64,000 bases of DNA, taken from contig JBCCXN010000015.1 of assembly GCA_039191495.1 (NCBI GenBank), positions 45,968 to 109,967 of the forward strand. The letters run 5' to 3'. The notes beneath the pieces are model-generated. The model did no database searches. It had not been told where the DNA came from and saw only the letters and a list, made by a program, of their open reading frames with translations. Source of the DNA: Pseudomonadota bacterium. GTDB lineage: Bacteria > Pseudomonadota > Alphaproteobacteria > Rhodobacterales > Rhodobacteraceae. The translations under genes were made by a program, and so were the position numbers. This document shows positions 57,070-64,000 of this stretch, in pieces (positions within the stretch are counted from its first letter, which is position 1; each line of letters begins with the position of its first letter).

Positions 57070-58580
57070 GCGTCAGCCAGCTCCTCTTTCTTGCGTTTGC
57101 GATCAAACACAACCGGCAGGATCAGAGACACGGCGAGCGCGACCCAGAGAATATTCCCCAGCGTCGAGGAAAACAAAACGGAAATGTCGCCCTCGGATTT
57201 CTTGAGAGCGCGCAGAAAGTAGGTCTCGAGCAGTGGGCCGAGGATCACCCCAATGAGGATGGCGGCCACATGATAGCCTGTGCGTCGCGCAATGTAGCCG
57301 ATCACACCAAAGGCCAGTGCGAGGTACATGTCGAACATATACTCGCGCGGCACAAACGCACCGACCAATGTGAATGATATGATCATCGGGGCCAGATAGA
57401 TTGTCGGTACCGTCGTGACGCGGCTCATGTACCGCGACAGCGGCAGGATCGTCAGGATCATCAACATGTAAGAGACAGTCATCGCCATGAACATGCCGTA
57501 GCCGACTTTCGGGTCTTGCTGAAAAAGAGACGGGCCGAAGCTGACGCCATGGTATTGCATCACCACCAGCATGATTGCCGCAGTTGCGCCGCCGGGTATC
57601 CCAAGCACCAAAAGCGGCACAAGCGTGCCCGAGGTCACGCCGTTGTTGGCGCTTTCGGGCGCCAAAAGTCCCTCGATATGACCCTTGCCATAGGCTTCGG
57701 GCGTCTTTGAAAAGGTGCGCGACTGCTGGTAGGCCACAAAGCTTGCGATGGAGGCACCCGCGCCCGGGATGACGCCTATGATCAGCCCGATGAGGGAAGT
57801 CCAGGCGATGTGCGTCCATCTTTTGAGCGCGTCTCGCACCCCTTCGAACGTCGCGGCCCAGGATGGGTTGGCCATCGCCTCCTGTCCCTGTTTGGTCAGA
57901 ATTACCCGCTTTTCGATAATTATGAAGGCCTCGGACACGGCGAAAAGACCAACAAGCGCCGGGATCAGCGGAACGCCGTCATAAAGCTCCAGAAATCCCA
58001 TCGTGCCGCGCGGTGTGGCGTAAACGACATCCGTGCCGATCGCCCCGAGCATGAGGCCAAAAAAGCCGGCAATAAGCCCTTTGAGCATATCCTGTGCCGC
58101 AATGGAGGCAATGAGCGAGATGCCAAAGAGCATAACGACGATCATCTCCACCGAATGCATGTAAAATCCAACACGTGCGAGAAGAGGCATCGCGGCAAGT
58201 GCAATAATCGTTGTGAGCAGACCACCGAGTGAGGAGGCAACAAAGGAAATTGCGAGCGCCTGTTGCCCACGGCCCTGTTTAGTCATTGGATAGCCGTCCA
58301 AAGGCGTGGCGGCAGCGCCCGCCGTGCCCGGAATGTTGACCAGAATGGCAGGAATACCCGCACCCATGCGCGCTGCGCAATAGAGTGAGACCATGAAGAC
58401 GAGCCCGGTTTGCAAATCCATGGCCAACGTCAGGGGCATCAAAATGATGATTGTGTTGGCGGCGGAAAAACCCGGAATACCACCGACGATCAGCCCAAGG
58501 AATATGGTTGGGACAATGACCCACCAAAAGCTCAACGTCTCAAGAAAGACTACGCCCAGCAAAGCGGTGGTTTCACCCAT
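57066..58580 (-). CDS. tctA: tripartite tricarboxylate transporter permease TctA
   Basis: 504-aa polytopic protein with the GGIPGFSAANTIIIL... TctA N-terminal pattern. Start at ATG 58580, an 8-nt overlap with tctB. Confidence 0.88.
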   Translation of the reverse strand: MGETTALLGVVFLETLSFWWVIVPTIFLGLIVGGIPGFSAANTIIILMPLTLAMDLQTGLVFMVSLYCAARMGAGIPAILVNIPGTAGAAATPLDGYPMTKQGRGQQALAISFVASSLGGLLTTIIALAAMPLLARVGFYMHSVEMIVVMLFGISLIASIAAQDMLKGLIAGFFGLMLGAIGTDVVYATPRGTMGFLELYDGVPLIPALVGLFAVSEAFIIIEKRVILTKQGQEAMANPSWAATFEGVRDALKRWTHIAWTSLIGLIIGVIPGAGASIASFVAYQQSRTFSKTPEAYGKGHIEGLLAPESANNGVTSGTLVPLLVLGIPGGATAAIMLVVMQYHGVSFGPSLFQQDPKVGYGMFMAMTVSYMLMILTILPLSRYMSRVTTVPTIYLAPMIISFTLVGAFVPREYMFDMYLALAFGVIGYIARRTGYHVAAILIGVILGPLLETYFLRALKKSEGDISVLFSSTLGNILWVALAVSLILPVVFDRKRKKEELADA

Positions 58581-59085
58581 TTGCCAGCACCGATTGCATT
58601 GCATTTTCAAACCAACCGCGTGGGAAACGGGTATTAAAGGCGATAATAAAGACGGCCCATCCGCCGAGCGACAATGCAGCGGCAATCAGCGTGACCAATC
58701 CCAAACGCCTGAAAGCACCCAGAATGGCCATGCTGATCCACAAAAACAGGAATGTCGTCAGCGTGAAGCCGAGTTCTTCGATCAGCCAGCAAAACGCTAC
58801 GGTCGTGACCAAAAGCGCAACGCGTCCAGTCCGAATGTCGTCGGAGTTCACCAGACTCGAAAAGGTGAACCGACCCTCTCCACGGCGGTACTCGCCAGTG
58901 ATCTTTACGAAAAACAGAAGGCAGATGAACAACAGGACACCGCCGATGGCAAAAGCGCTGACTTGCGCGGTCCATGGCGAATTCCAGATTGTGGAAAAAT
59001 AATAGAGCGTGAAGCTGACGGCGAGAACGGGAATTACCAAGTCTGCGCCGAGGTGGCGTTGCACTCGTTTTGGATTATTGGCCAT
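58573..59085 (-). CDS. tctB: tripartite tricarboxylate transporter small subunit TctB
   Basis: 170 aa, four hydrophobic helices, positioned between tctC and tctA. Confidence 0.8.
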   Translation of the reverse strand: MANNPKRVQRHLGADLVIPVLAVSFTLYYFSTIWNSPWTAQVSAFAIGGVLLFICLLFFVKITGEYRRGEGRFTFSSLVNSDDIRTGRVALLVTTVAFCWLIEELGFTLTTFLFLWISMAILGAFRRLGLVTLIAAALSLGGWAVFIIAFNTRFPRGWFENAMQSVLANG

Positions 59086-59157
59086 GGTTTGTCCTGTCGC
59101 AGGTTCAAGGATTTACACCGCCCGGATGCTTTCACATGCCAGGCGGTGTGAAAGATA

Positions 59158-60156
59158 TCACGCGCCGGTCAGCAACGGCTTGAAGCGGTTACCAAGCTCG
59201 AGCATGTCCGCGACGAATTGCGCGCAGTCTTCGACACCGCCTTGATTAAGATATTCGGGAGTGCCGCGCGCACCCACGTAAGCCTCAAGCAGTGCGGGGT
59301 CCTCGAACGTGGCGTTGAAGGTTTCGACGAGTGTGTCGAAACGATCAGGATACTCTTCCGCGGCCGCGCGGTGAATGCCAAAGGCGCGTGACGACAACAT
59401 CTCGGGCAGATCCATGTCAAAGGCGTCATTGATGTTTTGTGCGTCATCAAGCGCTTCGCCCACACGATTTTTACCGAACACAAGAACGGTTTTGACACTG
59501 TCGCCCGCCGATATGACAGAGCCGGACGTCAGCACCGAGAAATCGACCTCGCCGGTCACGGCGCCCGCCACGGTGTTTTTTCCGCCTGACAAAGGTATCA
59601 GGTTGAACTTGGCGCCGGTTTTTTCGCCAAGAGCCAGAATCCCGATCGATGCGGGATGCGCCATGCGACTGGTGCCGACCGTCAAGGTACGCTTCTGGCC
59701 TTCCTCAACGATCTGTTCGATGGATTGCAACGGGCTTTCCGCACCAACAAATACACAGCCCGGATCCGTGTCGACGCGTCCAAAGTAGAAGTAATCGTTC
59801 ACATCAAAGCTGGGGGCCTGCACAGCCCAGTTCAGCACTTCGGGACCCATGTTCCCGAAAATGAGATTGTAAGCGTCCGGTTCGGCCTTACCCATATAGA
59901 TTTCATACCCGACACGCCCGGAAGCACCGGGATAAAACCCGGGCTCAAACTCAGCGCCCAACTTATCTTTCCACACACTGCTGAAGGCGCGAAAGTTTCT
60001 GTCAGCGCCGCCGCCTTCGCGCGTTGGAATATAGACGGAGAGATTGCGGTCGGGAAAGCTTGACGCCCGCAAAAGCCCCGGTGTCGCCAGCGTCATAGCT
60101 GAAGCTGCAAGTCCGGAACCCAAAAGAGTCCGGCGGTTGAGTCCTCTTGTCTTCAT
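59158..60156 (-). CDS. tctC: TTT-family (Bug/TctC) periplasmic substrate-binding protein
   Basis: Start at MKTRGLNRRTLLGSG (Tat-like signal, ATG 60156, GGGAGGA SD). Bug-family length and pattern. Confidence 0.85.
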   Translation of the reverse strand: MKTRGLNRRTLLGSGLAASAMTLATPGLLRASSFPDRNLSVYIPTREGGGADRNFRAFSSVWKDKLGAEFEPGFYPGASGRVGYEIYMGKAEPDAYNLIFGNMGPEVLNWAVQAPSFDVNDYFYFGRVDTDPGCVFVGAESPLQSIEQIVEEGQKRTLTVGTSRMAHPASIGILALGEKTGAKFNLIPLSGGKNTVAGAVTGEVDFSVLTSGSVISAGDSVKTVLVFGKNRVGEALDDAQNINDAFDMDLPEMLSSRAFGIHRAAAEEYPDRFDTLVETFNATFEDPALLEAYVGARGTPEYLNQGGVEDCAQFVADMLELGNRFKPLLTGA

Positions 60157-60252
60157 CGTGATATCCTCCCTGGAATCAGATCTTTGTCGCGCCGCGTAGT
60201 CCTCCTCCAAGTCCAGACGTGGCGCGGCGTCTGAACGATGCGAACAGTCACT

Positions 60253-61008
60253 TCAACTGCTGGTCAGTGACTGAACGCCTGACCAGATCAGCCGCAGCGC
60301 CAGCACGGTCAGAACCGCGTTGAGCAACAGCAGAAACTTCTTGTCTTCAATTTTCGTAAGCACCTGGCGTCCGGCTATCGTACCCAGAAAACCGGCGGCA
60401 ATCAGAAGGGCGACAAAACCAATCCATTGGCTAAAGGCAAAGCCCAGAACGCCGAACACCAGAATTTTCAAAAGGTGCTGGATCGTCATAAGGGCCGCGT
60501 GCGTGCCCACATGGTGCATCTTGTCCAGTTCCTGACCTTTCACATATGTCGCAACGAAAGGGCCTGTTCCGCCGAAAAACATGGTCAGAAAGCTGGAGAT
60601 CGCTCCGTTTAGTGCAGCTGAACGGCGCATGAATGCCGGAGGCCTGCTGAACACGGACCACAGGATGAATGCGCCAACGCCCAGTTGAATGGCACCGGCT
60701 GGCAACTGGACAACTAGGGATCCGCCGAATGCCACGCCAAACAACGCACCGAGAAGAAACGCGGGCACTACAGAGGTCTTCACGTAGCGCAGCATGATTG
60801 CCAATCTGCCAGCATTCGATCCCAACTGGACAAGTCCGTGGACCGGAACAATCGCGGTGGCGGGCAGCAACACGGCCATTGCCGCCAGCATGACTGCGCC
60901 GCCTCCAATTCCAAAGGCCACGGTGATGAACGAGGCCGCAAAACTCAATGCCGCCAGTCCCAGAGCAATCGGCCAGCCAAGACCAGCATGAATCAATTCA
61001 GCGGTCAT
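60253..61008 (-). CDS. TauE/SafE (TSUP, DUF81) family anion permease
   Basis: 251 aa, about 8 TM, two-fold internal repeat with GIGGG / GGTGP-type motifs. Confidence 0.82.
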   Translation of the reverse strand: MTAELIHAGLGWPIALGLAALSFAASFITVAFGIGGGAVMLAAMAVLLPATAIVPVHGLVQLGSNAGRLAIMLRYVKTSVVPAFLLGALFGVAFGGSLVVQLPAGAIQLGVGAFILWSVFSRPPAFMRRSAALNGAISSFLTMFFGGTGPFVATYVKGQELDKMHHVGTHAALMTIQHLLKILVFGVLGFAFSQWIGFVALLIAAGFLGTIAGRQVLTKIEDKKFLLLLNAVLTVLALRLIWSGVQSLTSS

Positions 61009-61982
61009 CTTACTGCCTCCGGAAACAACTCCTCGGGCGAGACCGGCCGCGCCGCAAGATATTGCTCAGACGAATAACGGCACGCGGCTTCGAGTTCAGC
61101 GCGGTTTGCTGCGAAACCGTATGGCCAGTAATCTGCCCCAAGCGCACGCCGCGTCGCTTCCATGGTTTCGTTCAACCACGGCAGGGACAGGCGGTTTGCT
61201 GAACCCAACCAGATTTTCCGCAAGTGTTCCAGGGCGATATCCCGGGCCTGCGTGAAGGCTTCCATGAGTGATGTCGGCAGCCAAGGGTGCGCGGCGACCA
61301 ACGATTTGCGCACTGCGATCAAATGCATGATCGGAAAGAATCCAGTCTTTGCGTGATAGGCGCGTTCTTCCGCCGCGAATTCGGGAAAAATCCGCTGGAT
61401 GTTCGTTTTGCCATCCAAAAAGGCTTGGGGAGGATTGGGGGCAAGCAGCCCGTCAATCTCTCCATTCAGCAGCAGATCCTGCAGCGTTTCGCCATCTTTG
61501 ATCGGCTCCACGATCATGCCGTCGGGCAGCTTCAGCGGGAGGCGTTCGTGTCGCGTTCCATGATCCAGAGCACCGGTACGCCAGTGAATGCTGGCAGCGT
61601 CAACGCCGTACTCATCTGCCATGAGGCCCCGCATCCACAGCGCCGCCGTCATCTGGTATTCCGGGACGCCAACTCGTTTGCCTGCAAGATCCGCAAGCGT
61701 CGCAACGCCGGATCCCGAGCGCACGTAAAAGCCACTGTGGCGAAACGCTCGACTGACAAAAGCAGGGATTGCCGTGTAGGCGCATGCGTCTCGCGAGACC
61801 TGCAGGATGTAACTGGAAATCGACAATTCGGTGATATCAAAGCGTGCTTCTTGCACCGCAATCGGAAAAAGCTGACCGGTTGGCAGGATATGGCTTTCGA
61901 ACTCCACATCCGGCACGGTAACGCGTCCGTCATGGAGCGGCATGACCCGGTCATGATCCCATGTGGCGAGTGTCAGTCTCAC
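61005..61982 (-). CDS. SBP-fold (NMT1-like) cytoplasmic protein, 4,5-dihydroxyphthalate-decarboxylase-like
   Basis: The product MRLTLATWDHDRVMPLHDGRV...FDITELSISSY... resembles proteins annotated as PhtD-like decarboxylases. No signal peptide. GTGA and ATGA overlaps with neighbours. Confidence 0.65.
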   Translation of the reverse strand: MRLTLATWDHDRVMPLHDGRVTVPDVEFESHILPTGQLFPIAVQEARFDITELSISSYILQVSRDACAYTAIPAFVSRAFRHSGFYVRSGSGVATLADLAGKRVGVPEYQMTAALWMRGLMADEYGVDAASIHWRTGALDHGTRHERLPLKLPDGMIVEPIKDGETLQDLLLNGEIDGLLAPNPPQAFLDGKTNIQRIFPEFAAEERAYHAKTGFFPIMHLIAVRKSLVAAHPWLPTSLMEAFTQARDIALEHLRKIWLGSANRLSLPWLNETMEATRRALGADYWPYGFAANRAELEAACRYSSEQYLAARPVSPEELFPEAVR

Positions 61983-62731
61983 GCGCGTGCCCCGGCGTAA
62001 TACTCTATGCGGTGTTCCAGCCTTGCAATGAGTTCAGCCAGAGACAGCGCAAAAGCAAACAGGATCAGGATCAGCGCCCAGAAATGTGCCATCAGAAAGT
62101 TTTGCGAGTAAAGTGCAAACAGTGCTCCCACGCCAATGATGGAGACCAGCAGCTGTCCGATTACGACGCCCTTGACCCCGCGAATTACACCAAGGCGAAT
62201 ACCCGCGAGGATCTCGGGCATTGCGGACAAGAGAATAATCTTGAGCCGCTCCAGGGGCGATGCACCAAAGGAGCGTGACATTTCCATCAACGATGGCGAG
62301 ACATGAAGCACGCCGGCGCGTGTGTCCAAAGCAATGATCCAAACCGCGAACATGAAAACGGTCACGATCACTGTCGGCATCCCCATGCCAAACAGGATCA
62401 TGATTACCGGCACCAGGGCTGAAAGCGGTGCAGAGAGAAAAATGTTCACCCACATGTTCAGCATATTGTCGGCGGCCTTGAACAGCCCCATCAGCACGCC
62501 GAGACCAACACCGACAACGATCGCCAAACTTAGCCCACCGAGGTAACTCAAAACTGTCAGTCGTGCGGCCTCGCTGAAGCTTGGCGTGGTCAAAACGTCG
62601 GGTAACGCCATCAGCACCTCCGAGAGTGGCGGAAACAGCAACAGCAGCTCAAACTGCCCAACCAATTCCCACAGCGCCGCCCAGAAAAGCAGGGCCGCCA
62701 TTTTTGGAACCTTGAAGCCATAGATCTCCAT
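61979..62731 (-). CDS. ABC transporter permease (NitT/TauT family)
   Basis: Start at MEIYGFKVPK (ATG 62731). Six TM, BPD_transp_1-type loop (...SRSFGASPLERLKIILLSAMPEIL...). Confidence 0.85.
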   Translation of the reverse strand: MEIYGFKVPKMAALLFWAALWELVGQFELLLLFPPLSEVLMALPDVLTTPSFSEAARLTVLSYLGGLSLAIVVGVGLGVLMGLFKAADNMLNMWVNIFLSAPLSALVPVIMILFGMGMPTVIVTVFMFAVWIIALDTRAGVLHVSPSLMEMSRSFGASPLERLKIILLSAMPEILAGIRLGVIRGVKGVVIGQLLVSIIGVGALFALYSQNFLMAHFWALILILFAFALSLAELIARLEHRIEYYAGARA

Positions 62732-62735
62732 ATCG

Positions 62736-63536
62736 CTACTCCACGTAGGCCTTGAGCCCGGCCCAGATCTCATCGATCAGATCAAGGTATTCCGGGTTAC
62801 GGCGGATCAGGTCCGGGTCGCCGGACCTGTCGATATCGGGTGTTACAATCCGGTTCAGCCGACCGGGGCGGGGTGACAGCATCACAATGCTGTCCGACAG
62901 ATAGACCGCCTCTTCAATGGAGTGGGTGACCAGAATGAAGGTTTTCTTTTCGATCTCACGCAACCGAATGAGGTCCTCCTGAAATTTGCGACGGGTCTGC
63001 TCATCGACGGCCGAGAAGGGTTCGTCCATCAGCAGAACATCCGCATCGACCGCGAGGGCCCGCGCAAGACCCACCCTTTGGCGCATACCGCCAGACAATT
63101 CATGCGGAAACTTGTCTTCGAAGCCGGCAAGGCCGACCTCATGCACATAATGACGTGCACGATCCTCCCGCTCAGCCTTGCCGACACCCTGGAGCTCCAG
63201 TCCAAAGGCCGCGTTGCGCAGCACACTGGCCCAGGGCATGAGCGCGAAGTCCTGAAAAACAAACGCGCGTTCCGGACCGGGTCCCGTGACAGGTGCGCCG
63301 TTGACGTCGACGCCGCCCTCGGTTGGCTCAAGAAGCCCGGCGATAATTTTCAGAAGCGTGGTCTTGCCACAGCCCGATGGCCCCAGCAGCGACGTCAGAG
63401 CACCTCGTTTGAAAGACAAGTTGATGTCCTTGAGTGCCGTGACCGAACCACCATAAATTTTGTGCAGACCGCGCACCTCGATGATGGCATCAGCGGCGCT
63501 TTGCAAGTGTGGTTGGATGGGTGTCGTCATATTCAT
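62736..63536 (-). CDS. ABC transporter ATP-binding protein (NitT/TauT family)
   Basis: Walker A GPSGCGKTT, signature LSGGMRQR, Walker B LLMDEPFSAVD. Confidence 0.92.
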   Translation of the reverse strand: MNMTTPIQPHLQSAADAIIEVRGLHKIYGGSVTALKDINLSFKRGALTSLLGPSGCGKTTLLKIIAGLLEPTEGGVDVNGAPVTGPGPERAFVFQDFALMPWASVLRNAAFGLELQGVGKAEREDRARHYVHEVGLAGFEDKFPHELSGGMRQRVGLARALAVDADVLLMDEPFSAVDEQTRRKFQEDLIRLREIEKKTFILVTHSIEEAVYLSDSIVMLSPRPGRLNRIVTPDIDRSGDPDLIRRNPEYLDLIDEIWAGLKAYVE

Positions 63537-64000
63537 CAGGCGCCTCGTTTTTCGGGTCTGAATATGGTTGTCTCCAACCGGTGCAGCAGCGAAACCGTGA
63601 TTACCGCAAAGGCAACAATCGAGAATATGGCAGCATACATGTGGGCAAATTTCGCGATTGAGCGGTTGAAGGTGATCAGATCGCCGATGCCTGTCGGTGT
63701 GATCAGAAGCTCGGCCAGCACAACGCCGGAAAAACCTTCGGCGACGCCAAGCCGGATGCCCGCAAACATCATCGGGCTGGCGGCCGGCAGGATTACCTTG
63801 AAAATCTGCTGCTGACGCGTCCCCATAAAACTCTGGCTCATGTCAACCAGCGAAGGCGGTACGTTGCGTACCGCTTTGTAACTGTTGATGGCAATAACTG
63901 GCATGGCCAGCATACAGACTGCGAGCACTTTGGATGTCAGGCCAATACCATAGACAAAGGTGATCAGCGGAATGAGAGCAGCCATGGGTGCTGCCTGCAT
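63536..64000 (-). CDS. ABC transporter permease (NitT/TauT family), 5' end outside window
   Basis: C-terminal 154 aa with permease loop (...SQSFMGTRQQQIFKVILPAASPMMF...). The ORF is open to the window edge. Confidence 0.8.
   Translation of the reverse strand: MQAAPMAALIPLITFVYGIGLTSKVLAVCMLAMPVIAINSYKAVRNVPPSLVDMSQSFMGTRQQQIFKVILPAASPMMFAGIRLGVAEGFSGVVLAELLITPTGIGDLITFNRSIAKFAHMYAAIFSIVAFAVITVSLLHRLETTIFRPEKRGA

Noticed and set aside
60170-60215. CCTCCTCC motif and 7-bp CGCCGCG/CGCGGCG stem upstream of tctC, considered as a CcsR/cuckoo-like sRNA or terminator
   Set aside because: The motif lies on the non-transcribed strand relative to the operon. The stem has a 26-nt loop and no T-run. There is insufficient evidence for an RNA gene.

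Overview
This is a 64-kb, roughly 58-60% GC chromosomal segment. Its gene content and order look alphaproteobacterial and probably Rhodobacterales-like, but that is inference: ihfA next to a MerR-like gene, an Irr-like Fur regulator, DUF4167 next to prfA-prmC, TTT transporters, and an lptFG-lptD-surA-pdxA-rsmA chain. All family calls come from reading the translated ORFs and recognising motifs. No database search was run.

Most of the window is tightly packed housekeeping:
- dcd, tRNA-Pro(GGG), ihfA
- the yceD-rpmF-plsX-fabH block
- bamE, two ABC-F ATPases, tyrS, anmK, eno, selO, mazG
- prfA-prmC, the LPS-transport/surA/pdxA/rsmA chain, pepA-holC, ndk

I found no rRNA, CRISPR array, transposase, integrase or prophage gene.

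The accessory-looking part is 43.9-64 kb. Its main components are:
1. A low-GC islet (43980-48099) carrying an output-less CheB-CheR-PAS fusion and a divergently transcribed 224-aa orphan.
2. A translationally coupled triad (48112-51206): a 2-TM orphan, a MoxR-type AAA+ ATPase, and a VWA/zincin-like protein with HHxxH in place of HExxH. No client enzyme is nearby. I consider this the best candidate for an undescribed system.
3. A divergently transcribed alpha/beta-hydrolase fused to a polytopic membrane domain.
4. An 11-kb one-strand supra-operon with mostly overlapping stop/start codons. It joins a NitT/TauT-type ABC importer, a signal-less SBP-fold decarboxylase-like protein, a TauE/TSUP permease, TctCBA, an LVIVD beta-propeller, OsmC and a two-subunit IorAB-like molybdenum hydroxylase.

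Smaller observations:
- an M20 amidohydrolase with two tandem ureohydrolase paralogs
- a frame-split small membrane gene next to a (GGGGT)n G-quadruplex motif
- a hairpin that sequesters the ihfA SD
- a 36-codon Pro/Thr-rich ORF behind two dyad sites
- several convergent gene pairs that overlap or share CTAG stop codons

Start codons were refined by hand where the ORF track over-extends.
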